From Nageia nagi (Eukaryota; Plantae; Pinophyta): a stretch of DNA of 64,000 nt. Below, piece by piece: positions 11,270 through 22,815 of the stretch (position 1 is its first letter; the number at the start of each line of letters is the position of its first letter). The position numbers and the translations under genes are program-made. The notes beneath the pieces were generated by a model. That model was given only the letters and a program-made list of their open reading frames with translations. It did no database searches and was not told where the DNA came from. The DNA lies in contig JBITNC010000001.1 in the NCBI GenBank assembly GCA_050084985.1, positions 28,768,001 to 28,832,000 on the forward strand, written 5' to 3'.

Positions 11270-14200
11270 TGCATCCCACACCTACATTTGCTAGCTCATC
11301 AGCTAATTGATTTGCTTCCTTGAAGATATGGGAGATTGAGATAACTCACTTATCACTCAAGAGGTTTTTGCAATCTTCTATTAACAATTAAATAGACCAA
11401 CTAGGATTGGAAATCCCTACTAGATGGTCTATAATTATTTTGGAGTCTCCCTTGATGATCAATGGAAAGATATTTCTCTCTACTGCTAGCTCAATGCCCT
11501 TGTGAACTAATTTGGCCTCTACAAAGTAACTTGATTGATGACCCAATGGTTCTAAATAAGCCAACACCACATCTCTCAAACAATCTCTAAAACCCCCTCA
11601 CATCTAGCTTTCTTTCGGTTACTTTAGATGCCCCATCAAAGGTCAAATTATACATTCCTTCCTATGATAGACACCACCTATAACTAAGCCTTAGGTTAGC
11701 TCTTGGAGCTTCCCCAATTGCTTAGCTCCCCACTCAACCAAAACTAAACTCCTTTATGGTGGTTCACCCTCCTCTTTGAACTAGATCATATTGAAATTGT
11801 CCAACATGAGACTTTCAACTTTATTCTAAATTACCATCCAATAATATTTCTCCCCCTTGAAGACTCAAAAATTTCTCTCCCTCCAAATACCCCACAAAAC
11901 ATGAGGTAAACTTAATTTCTACAAAACTTGCATTTGTTTCACTTTTTAAGGTGATTTCCATTGAAGAACCAAGGATTTTAGGGAGTTTGGAAACACCCAC
12001 GAGCACTTAAGTCTCTCATAGAGTTTGCCCCATATTTCCTTCACAAAGGAACAATGTAACATCAAATGGGCCAAATTCTCCTCCTCATGCTCACACAATG
12101 GATATCTACTAGGCATAATAAATCCTCTTTTTTTAAGATTATCTATTATCAGAATTATATTCTTCATCACCATCCAGAGAAACATATTCACCTTTGGGAT
12201 TAAATATTTATGCCACACTTTTTTTGCAACCTCCCAAATAGTGCCTTTCCATAAAAAATACTCATACCTTGATCGTATAGGATACCTTCCACTTTTATCC
12301 TTTGGACAAGAAAATGAGTATTGAGTATACCAATACATTAAGGGGTATGACTTTAGCATAACCTTCAGATCCTCTAGCTTACCCTTCAACTCCTTAAGTA
12401 CTTCCACTACCACATCTTTCCAAACCTTCCTTCCTCCCCTAACCTCCATGTAATCCTAGAATTTACCACCAAAATGAGGTTCTAATAATATTTTTATCTC
12501 TCTAAACAAAGGGTATTGGCCTAGGTGATTATCCATCATCCATGGGTCCTCCTAGAACTAAACTTGGGAGCCATCACCAATTTGCCATTTTCTAGCACCT
12601 TTCAATTAGTCCTTGAGTTTTTGAATTTTATTCTAGAATTAGGATCCATTAAATGTATCATTTCTCTATAAAAAGGCCAATAATTTGAAATATTTATCTT
12701 TTAGGATCCCTAACCAAAGGATATCCTCTTTTTTTGCCAATTTCCACCCAAGCTTACCCATTAATGCTTTGTTCATTACGTTGACCTTCCTCAAACCCAA
12801 CCCTCCTTCCTTTTTAAAAAAATAACACTTTTCCCAAGAGACTAAAGCTAGCTTTTTTCATTCTTTCACCCCACACCAAAGGAAGGTTTTCTACAATTGC
12901 TCAATCTTCCTCCTGATTGTAGCTAGAATCTTAAAAATTAAAAAGGAAGTACATTGGAATACTTTACAAAACTAACCATAGAAGCTAACATTTACCTACC
13001 TAAATGAGAATACCACCCTTCCAAGCTTCCAATTTATTGGATAAATGATCCATAACTAGATTCTAGTACTCCTTTATTTTTCCTTTGAAGAGTGGCATAC
13101 CTAAATAACCTATCAAGAAATCCTCGATACCACACCCAAAGATTCTTGTAACTCCAAACTACATTGCTATGAGGTGTTAAAAAAAATTAACTTGATTTTC
13201 CCAAAGTTAACCTTTTGATTTGATAACTTCTCATAATCTTTCAAAATCCCTTTTATCACTCTTGCTTGGGGTAGTGAAGATCGGATAGAAATATCATCCA
13301 CAAACTATTGGAAAATCACCAACAAAAGAGTGGATGCTGGAACAATGCCTTCTAGCTTACTCCCTCTCTATGCCTTTGAGAAGGATCTACCCAAAGCCTC
13401 TACCAAAATAAAAAAAAATATAGGGAGAAAGAGGGTCACCTTATCTATCTTAGTCCTTTCCTACTAGGAAAGTAGCCAGCTACCACTCCATTCACTAAAA
13501 AAAAATATTACCGATGGGATGCAAGCTTTAATAAGAGAAACCTAATCTTCTGTAAAATAAAACCTTTTAGGAAATTCCAAAAGGAATCACCATGAAAATA
13601 TATCATATGCATTTTTCATGTATAATTTCAAAAACATTCCTTCCTTATGGGCACTAACTGTTGAATGAATTATCTCATGAATTGAGATAATCCCACCCAA
13701 AATTTGTCTCCTACAAATAAAGGCACACTACTGCTTATCAATGATGATTAAGATAATTCCTTTTAGCCTATTGGATAATGTTTTAGAGAAGATATTATAG
13801 AGAGTATCACACATGTTAATGATTCTAAAATCATTGAAATATTTTGCTCCTCCAATTTTAGGGATCAACACTAAGAAAGTGGAATTTACATCCCTAGGGA
13901 TGCATTTCAACTTCTGGGCGTCCTTAACCACTTGAACCACATCTTTCCCCACTATATGCCAAAATTTTTAGAAGAAGACTACTGATAAGCCATCTAGTCT
14001 TGGGGATTTCTCACCATTCAAGCTAAAAATAGCTTGTTTCACTTCCTCATCTGAGAATGGAAAAAGTAAGGCCTCATTCATTTCTTTACATAACAAATTT
14101 GGGATATTTCTTAATAGATTCTCATAAGCCTCCTTATCCTAAGGATCATTTTTTCTAATCAAGGTAGAGAAAAATAAAATTGCCTCCCCTCAAATTTGCC

Positions 14201-14625
14201 ATACATCAAAAGTTGTTGAACCATTCATCCTTATAATTTCTCTAATCTTGTTGTAGCTTCTATGACATAGGGTAGAATATGAATGAATTTTGTGTTGCAA
14301 TCCCCTTCCTTTAACCATATAGCCCTAGAATTTTGCCTTTAGTGACTCTCCTCTTTTGTAAGCAAACCATGCCATTCACATAACCACTCTTTTTCCTAAG
14401 CCTGAATCTCTTCATTATATCTACTATGGAAAACCCTATCCTTTAAGTCTAGCAGCTTCTATTGTATGTCTCCTTTCTTAGAAAAGATGTTCCCAAACAT
14501 ATCCTTGTTCCAACATTTCAAATGAAATTTGAGAAGCCTTAGTTTCTTAGCACATTAGGCTAATAGCTACCTCGAGAAGGGACTAATCCACCAAAACCTA
14601 ACCAATTCCTCTAATGAGTCATCCA
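11270..14625 (-). pseudogene. L1-2 ORF2 (RT - zf-RVT - RNase H), decayed, endonuclease missing
   Basis: Motifs as listed for L1-2. The 5' end falls at the KM*(W)..LEELVRFWW motif that normally follows the endonuclease. Confidence 0.88.
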
Positions 14626-15004
14626 TCACTACATTTTTATAGACCTAAATGTTGCTACATTTTCCAAACACACCCAAGCTCATTGCATTTCATCATGAAG
14701 TCTAGTTTGTAAAGATTTGAAGCTCATTTTAGGATCCAATTAGCAAAATTAGGTGTCAATGGCCATCATTCATCATGGTAAGGTAAACAATAATGTTTCT
14801 TAACACCACCTTCATTCATTTATGTGATATTTCATTTGAGCTCATGTTTGTTTTGAAAGGATGGCTTGAGAAAGCCTCCTTAATATTTTAACTCAATCTT
14901 TTGTTTAGTTGGTGCTTATAGGACATAGTCTAGCCTACATACAATTACTTATCTATTTTGAATTCAAACGATCCTAAAAGGGGTAGTTTTTATTTAAAAT
15001 ATTT

Positions 15005-15023
15005 TGGCACTCTCAGTGGGATC
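15005..15023 (+). promoter_or_regulatory. Element B primer-binding site (tRNA-Arg type typical of Tat/Ogre)
   Basis: tggcactctcagtgggatc, 3 nt after the LTR end, resembles tggcacgcccagtgggac. Confidence 0.75.
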
Positions 15024-15194
15024 ACCGTTGGTTCATTTTTGTAAGGATCCTCTTGCATTTAGTATTTCTATTTTGAACTTCACTAACGAACAAAGATTTT
15101 GCTATCTAGTATGTGTTTCTCATATCTTGTGATTTTTTTTTATTATCCATGCATTGTGCCTTTATCTCTCTTTTTTTATGTTGTGTTTAGTAAG

Positions 15195-15380
15195 AAATGT
15201 GACTACATTTAATCCTTCTTCTCAAATGATATCACATTTTATAAAATGCTACCACATTTATGAGTCCTTGTAAAATGCCAAGACATTTTAATCTTCATGT
15301 TAAATCATTGCCATGTTTCATAAAATGTGATCGCATTTCTAGGTCATCCTAGCTTTTGGTAAATGGGACTACCTTTCTTA
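15195..15380. repeat. Array of short palindromic motifs (A)AAATG-N6-CATTT(T) in the B leader, with a second cluster at ~16205-16320
   Basis: aaatgtgactacattt, aaatgatatcacatttt, aaaatgctaccacatttt, aaaatgccaagacatttt and aaaatgtgatcgcattt at ~20-50 bp spacing. Confidence 0.7.
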
Positions 15381-16409
15381 TGCAAGATTTTTAGTTGGAA
15401 AAAAGGTGCACAAATTCTATATTTTTGACCTTTTTTAGTTCTATAATTTCTACCTATTTGCACTAACTCATATTTTAAATTTTCTAAGGCAAATGAATTA
15501 GGCTTGGTGATATTATCTTGTGTATGTTTTCTTGTTCAACTAAATCATATCTCATAAATTATTGTATGCTCTCCTCTCACATTGAAAAGTGATATTGAGT
15601 GACTAGAAAATATTTTTGAGAGATTTAGTTTTAATAACCACATCATAAACCTCACAATTAGAAGTATGCTCTCCCCTTGCACTGAAAATTGATCTTAGGT
15701 GAATAGAAGATGCTTTGAGGAGGAAATGAACTTACATTTCATTAATTCACCTTTTCTTATTACACTTGTGCACATACAAAAGAGAATCCTTAGATTTCAT
15801 CACCATGGCTTGTTCTCTTCATAAACGGTAAATAGGTCTCTTAGATTTCACCATAGAGGACCTCAACTATGCTTGACCCACTCACCAAGATAGTCTCCCC
15901 TTAAGGTTTCTACAAAATCCACCATTGAACCTAGTTAAAGTGGAAAATCACCTTAGTCAAATTCCTATTCTTTTAGGACCAACCTTTGGATCATTTAAAT
16001 AGCTTGTCTAGCTTCAGCTTAGAAAAAACATCAAAACTTTACAAAATAGTATTCTAGGGCTACAAGATGAATCTGCATTAATCATATATAAGTTCTTGCA
16101 TTTGTGACTATTTTCATTTTCTATATATGTTTCTTTTCTTTCTAAAAATCTAAATTTTATTTTCAAAGATAGAATCAAAACAAGCTTAACAAACTCACTT
16201 TGCTAAAATGTTTTCATGTGTATGAAATGCAAGTGCATTTTAGGAAACATTGTCATGTTTTTTCCTTGGTCTGAAAATGCCAATGTGTTTTGTAAGGCCA
16301 TCAAAATGCAACTATGATTTACAATAGAGAGTCAAAATAATTTTTTTCAAAAACATTTACATGATCAAAACTTGAAACTAAATCTTGCAATACACTACAT
16401 AATCATAAC

Positions 16410-17309
16410 ATGCCTATTTTTACTTTCATTTAATCAATGATAGAATCAATTATTGAACATTCAATGGATGAATTTATACAATGGATCTTAAATAATGAAC
16501 ATGCTATCATAAATATATTTAAATGCAAATTTGAGCAATGGGCCTTAAACAATGACCATGTTATCAAGAGAATACTTAGACCTAATAAACTTTGATTTGA
16601 TGAACCTACTATTGTTGAACCACGTGAACCTATTATTGTTGAACCATGTGAATCCATTGAAAATTATGATTTGGATTATCAAAATCAAACATTGATCATT
16701 AATGAACCTTATGTTGAACCATGTGACAAGGAGTCATCTATTCAAGAGACTCTTTCTATCCCTCAGCTTCCTTGAGATGAAGTTGAAGAAGATATACATT
16801 TAGATGATTTATTTGTCAATAATCTTCCACATGAGAGTCTCCCATCCATTAATCTTGAGTCCTTATCATCTCCCCTCTTGGTAGTTTATAATCCTCTTTT
16901 CTATGATCATATTATTGATTCCTTTATTGTTCATAAAAATCCTTTCTTTAACATGAATGTGTCTATTGATCATGATGATATTACATATCCTACATCTTAT
17001 GTGTTAAATTTTGATTACAAGGAGTCTATTCAAGAATTTTCACATATTGATATGGAGGAGTTATCTCATGTCAATTCTATAATCCATTATCCTTTATCAA
17101 ATAATCATAATCCATATCCTTTCACAACCATTTTATATGAAAATTCAAACATATTTTCATGTTCTTATGATGATTTGGATTATGATCTATTTGATGACCC
17201 TCTTGCATATACTAACAATGTTTGTTGGGAGTTGCACAACACCCTCTCAACATTGTCATCTTGTGTGATGGGCATCCTCATCACACCAATACCCTATCAT
17301 GTTGATTAG
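16410..17309 (+). pseudogene. Acidic ~300-codon ORF of element B (gag position, no capsid motif seen), 3 in-frame stops
   Basis: MPIFTFI*SMIESIIEHSMDEFIQWILNNEHAIINIFKCKFEQWALNNDHVI..L*FDEPTIVEPREPIIVEPCE..LP*DEVEEDIHLDDLF.. is in frame with track ORF 16878-17309. Confidence 0.55.
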
Positions 17310-18560
17310 GGGCTACACAATGCCCTTCCAAAATTTCCCCCTTTGTGTTATGTGTTTCCTCATCACACAACCACCACATCATTATCCTACCATGTTGACT
17401 AGAGGCCACACAATGCCCTCTCAACATTATCCTCTTTGTATGACATGTATCCTCATCACATCACCTTCACATCATCATCCCACCATATATTCCACCTTCT
17501 TTTATCCTCTTTTGTTACATGCATCTTCATCATACTATCATGTCATTATACTTTCTACCACATTGATTGGAGGCCATACAACACCCTCTTCACATTGCCC
17601 CCTTGTGTGACATGTATCCCCATCATGCCCTCTCCCAACAAAAAAATATTAAAAATAAATAAAAAAGAGCCACATAAAAGACAAATATATTTGCACTATT
17701 CCCTTAATTCATTTATCCCACACTAGCCATGTGCCCTTCCGTAGCTGCATTCTTATACTCTCATTTCACTTACTATATTTACTTTTCTTAGTTTTCTCAT
17801 ATCAAATGAGTAAACTAGGAAACCTTTTATTTTGCATCACATCGTCATGCCATTATACCTTCTATCATATCAATTGGGGGCCACAAAAATGCCCTCTCAA
17901 CATTGTCCTCTTATGTTACATGCATCCTTGTCACACCATTATCATCATCCTTTTCTTGCTTGACATATGTCCTTATCACACTACCTTGCTATCATGTCCT
18001 CCATCATGTTGATTGAGGATCACATAATGCCATATAAATATTATTCTCTTATTTGACATATATCCTTGTCACACCTTCATCCTATCATGACTTCTCCTTT
18101 TCCTTATCCACTTACGTGACATGGGTCCTTGTCACACCATCATCTTATTTTAGTTTTCTACATTATCATGTCCACTTGTGTGACATGCATCCTTGTCACA
18201 CTATCATTTTATTATGTATTTTATCATGTTAATTAGGGTCCACACAATACTCTCTTAAAAACTTCCTCTTATGTGATATGTATCCTTGTCACACCATCAT
18301 CCTATCATGTCTTCCATCTTGTCTTGGCTTCTTGTATGACATGCATCTTTATCACACCATAATCATATCAGGTACTCCCTCTTATCTTTCCAACTTGTGT
18401 GACATGCATCCTCATCACACCGTCATCTTATATTGTTTACCCCTTTATCTTATCCACTTGTGTTCCATGTATCCTCATAACACCATCATATTATCATGTC
18501 ATCCACCTTGTCTTGTCCTCTTGTATGATTTGCATCCTCATCACACCTTCTCCCATCATT
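17210..18560. repeat. Hairpin-containing tandem array (~15 copies of GTGTGACA-tgcatcct-TGTCACAC core, in ~63 and ~92 bp units) in two blocks
   Basis: Cores at ~17262, 17345, 17437, 17512, 17604, 17912, 17960, 18052, 18114, 18177, 18271, 18333, 18396, 18459 and 18522. Confidence 0.85.
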
Positions 18561-21500
18561 TGAAAAAAACCACAATAAATATAAAATAAAAACACATAAA
18601 AAATAGATATAACAAAAATATTATTTTATTCATATATTGTATTATCATATATTATATGATAGTGAATTTGTATATTCATATATCTACATCATTACATCAA
18701 TCATCATATTCTATGAAGCACTGCTCCAATCCATTCCAACATCTTTCCTCTTTGTTACCTCATGTATATTTTGTATGTATACCCTCCTCATCTTCAGGAT
18801 CCATAGATTGTTCAATAATTTCTATGAAATCTATCATTACCTTTGAAATGAAAATACCATAGTGTAAAAGGACATTCTAGTACATGGATGCCCTTCTCTT
18901 TTATTTTCCTTTACTCATCACATCCCGTAACCGCTATTGCTAGCCTCATTCCTTTTTTTTTTTCTTTTTCCTTTGTGTGATTTGCCCACCTTTCCTTTTC
19001 CACTAGAAACTCATTCTATTTTTCCATCAATTCTTTCTAAGATTGTACATGTACAACCTTTTCCCTTCTCATCATGTCATACCTTTGTACCATCACCTCC
19101 GCTTCTACCTTTATCACAGCTAGTTCTTGGCATAGATAGGCATTCTCTAAGTCTACTCATATGTTCATCTCCTTGCTAGTATTCATGGGGGATCCTCCCA
19201 TGCTTACAGACCCTCTTATTTCACCTCTTCCACTCCTTTCCCTTGAGGATGGCCTTTCCTTGCATGTCCTTGACTCCACCAATTCTCCATGGAATCCATG
19301 ATTGATTGCTTTATCGTTCACAGTCCTCTAATCTCTCTTATCCTATTAATATCCATGATGAGCATGAGAGATAACACAATATCTCCATGTTTCCCTCTTG
19401 TATGTTTGTCTAGTTATTACATGTCTATCCATCACTGCATCCCATTCATTCATCTAGTCATCATGCATCTCATTATTATCACCATTATTACATCCTTGTT
19501 AAATCATAACACATATACCATCCATTCCCCTAGTCCCTTTCAATTTATACCACATCATTGTCTTTTCCATATTTTCCTTTTGACCATTCAAACCACAACT
19601 TTTAATCTCACATATCAATACAAGATTCTTATCTCAAAACATATGTCATCTCAATGGTCCCCTTTTATTCATCCATTGTTGTCACCATCATACCACTTTG
19701 ACCACTCCATGTTTCTCCTATCGCATATAGTCCCATGAAATCCTCTTTTGTTCATCATGATTTATTTTCATCTATCCTTTTCACTATCATCTTGTTTCTA
19801 TCCTCTATTATCCTTCATGTATTTCTCTCATTTCCTTACCCTCTTGAGCAACCTTTAAGACACCATCGTACATCGTATCAACCATATATTCTTAGTCCAT
19901 CTTTCTTCTATTACCTTTGAATCCCTATTGTAATAATGACTGATAATCCTATAGTTTTATCCCAATAATCATTTTTATGTTTGCATGATCCTTCATCTTA
20001 ATCATAATGATCATTTTCATCTATTTTTCAATTTTCTCAGTCCACTTAATTGGATGTGGTATATTATGATCTATAAGTCGTTCAATCCTTATCTCTTATA
20101 GTTCATAGGCTACATCATACCACCTTCTCTTCATCCTCAAGAGCATTTCTAATCACTCACTATTGCTTAGGAAATCTGTTAGCATGATCTATAGTGGTAA
20201 TCCACTTACTCTTTTTGCATTGCTTGGCATGGCAAACATCAAATTATTCATCATTGCTTCTCTTTCTCCTATCACTTTTACCTCTTTGCATTAATGGCTT
20301 CTAGAGTTGAACTTGTTAGAGTCCAATACTTCTGAATATGATGCCATCTCTTTTGATTTGAATTTCCATTCACCTAAATGTGCATCAGATGAACTGTAAT
20401 TGCTACCCACTTGGGCTTGTCAATGGGAATCTTCTTCTTGTAATCGCCACCAACCTAGGCTTATTGGTGGGAATCACTCTCTACTTTTTAATAAAAAATC
20501 ATAGTTTCTTATCTTTTTTATTGTGATTGCATATTTATTTTTTTGACCATTCAATCGAATGGTCAAGCATCTTGTTTCATCATATTTTATGCTTTTTGCT
20601 TGATCCTCTTAGTTTGTTCACATCTACAACCAATGATCTAGATATTTTACATCCCTATATGTTAGTCTTCTCTCATCACATTATGATCACCATCACTTTT
20701 AGTTCATTTATGAAACCCTGATCATGTACTAACACTTTTTGCTATCCTTTTTTGCAATCATGGATAGAGATCTTTTTTATGATCTTTTTCCTAACTTCAT
20801 GTAGGAATCCTTCATAATCACATCCATGGTCATGTCATCTAGTGTGCTTGTATTGCATTGGAGGACATCCTTTATATCGCATATATGGTCATGTCATCTA
20901 GTTTACATACAAACTCCCATCCATCTGTTGGATAATGCTAATCAATTGCATCTCATCATCTCCCTTATATGTCACTCAAACTGGACATGGAAGATTATCC
21001 TCTACTATACCTAAAATCCCTTTTTCTTTCATTTTCTTCACTTCATGGGTCCTTCTATGCTACATCCCTAGGAGCACTATCATCCCTATACCATCGTGTA
21101 CACTCTATGGTAATGTGATCTTCATTGGGAATCTATCTTTAGAATTCAAATAATATGAGAGGAGAACCAATGGGTGTTCTACCCATTCTTTAATATCATA
21201 TGTTATTTACCCTCGATCACACACACTAATATGTTCAATCAACCCAATTCACTTATATCTAAGCTTGAGTGTTCTAATTCTAGCTCTCCTAGTTGCATTG
21301 ATGCTTCTGGATAATTTTTGTAATAATTTTTTTTTTTATTTTTCTATCCACTTGGGCATATTAGTGGGACCATTTTATCAATATCAATGCATATAGTAGT
21401 CTTTCTTCCATTTTTTTTTGTTTTGGTTGGATTGTCGTTGTTTATGTCTTTAATTCAATCTTTCACATTTTATCATATGTCACAAAATCAAATTATCTTA

Positions 21501-22799
21501 ATCATTTTACATATTTTATTATTGTCCATTATTTATTTATTATTTTGCCAGTCAAATTATCTTAATGGCTTTCTACATTTTATCATTGTTCATTTTTTAT
21601 TTATCATTTTAAACATTTTATCATTATCAATGGTATGTTTTTAATTTTATTTTTCAAATTATCATGTATTTATTTTATCATTTTATCATTTTCAATAGTC
21701 TATTTATCATTTTATTCATCTTGTGATCACTTATTTATCGCATCGTTGGTGCAACAGTGCTATTTTTGCATCAATTGTCTTATATCATTTTTCAATTAGC
21801 AAATCATTTTTCAATCATTCAATATTATATCTTTGTCATCTCTTTGAGTTTATCATGTCTTTAATTAATCATTATTTCATCCTATCATTTATCATCTTTG
21901 TATGTTGCAATTGCATGCTTTGTAGGTTTATGAGCCTACACTTTTTCTTTTTACCCTTCAAATGCTAGGGCAAAGTAGAATCATTTAAAACAAATTATCA
22001 AAAATATAAAAATAAGCATAAAAAAATTTAAAATTCAAAAACAAATTCTTGCATTTGTCATGTTTTATCATCAATCATAATCTATCCTTTATCTTATCTC
22101 AGCATTATGGAAGGTTTTCAAGAGCTATAACAAGTAGCTTAAGATTCCTCTCCATATATCACTTATCTTGTATCATCACTATTAGATCATTATATTTTGA
22201 TTTGATACTTAGTGATTTTATACCTTTTAATGTCATACTACTTTTTTTGGGTGTATGGGAATCACCAGTTACCAATCTCTTTTCACCACATACAATCTAG
22301 TTATGTTTTCATGTATATTTTCTTTGTCATCACTTACATATGTATCATTAATCATGGCATAGACTGTTAGACATTATATTCTACCTAATCTTGTATGGAG
22401 CTAGGGCATATCCTACACATTAAAATGGAACTAGGTCTTTACCTTTGGTCCATTTTACACCATGTCATTTTTATCTTCCCACATCAATCTTCAAAATTAT
22501 TTTATCATTGCATCCATTGTGTATGGATTATTGAATGACATTGCTTAGCATCAATTCAAAAGTTGTTTGGAAAAAGATCTCATTCTACACATTAAACTGG
22601 AAGTTGATCCCCCATCCATTGGCATCATGTCAAACACACTTCGCCTATTTTTGTACCCTATTTTTGCACCTCACAAAAATCAATACAAAAAGGGGAAATT
22701 ACACATATTACTTGGGGTAGTTATCCATCATGTCACATTTACTTCATATTACATAAAATTAGTTTTTTGCATTGCATTTAGCCTAATCAAAATGCAAAT

Positions 22800-22814
22800 A
22801 AAAAAGGGGCAAAA
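22800..22814 (+). promoter_or_regulatory. Element B polypurine tract
   Basis: aaaaaaggggcaaaa lies 1 nt before the 3' LTR tgtagacac. Confidence 0.75.
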
Positions 22815-22815
22815 T

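Larger units (their letters stand above)
9596..14625 (-). mobile_element. L1-2 LINE, 5'-truncated: ORF2 (RT, zf-RVT, RNase H) plus an extra downstream ORF
   Basis: RT: NSTFLVLIPK..DFRII..YNIFSKTLSNRLK (13728-13952) and GDPLSP (~13425-13440). zf-RVT: VWHKYLIPKVNMFLW..PLCEHEEENLAHLMLHCSF. RNase H: LTFDGASKGN..IKGDSKIII..SHIFKEANQLADELAN (~11290-11650). Short T-tract at 9591-9598. Probable TSD ttaatacatttt / tcactacatttt. Confidence 0.9.
7749..15001 (+). repeat. Element B 5' LTR (split by L1-2 at ~9596-14625)
   Basis: 7749-9590 aligns to 22816-~24520, and 14626-15001 aligns to ~24512-24886. Confidence 0.88.

Noticed and set aside
17210-18560. Palindromic repeat plus spacer architecture resembling CRISPR
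   Set aside because: The spacers are homologous to each other (two length classes) and the repeats are degenerate. It is a tandem array in a eukaryotic TE.
18937-22300. Many short hydrophobic or His/Ser-rich ORFs (also 51761-54235), suggestive of env-like or membrane proteins
   Set aside because: They are by-products of T/C-rich low-complexity UTR sequence, with no conserved motif and no sustained frame.
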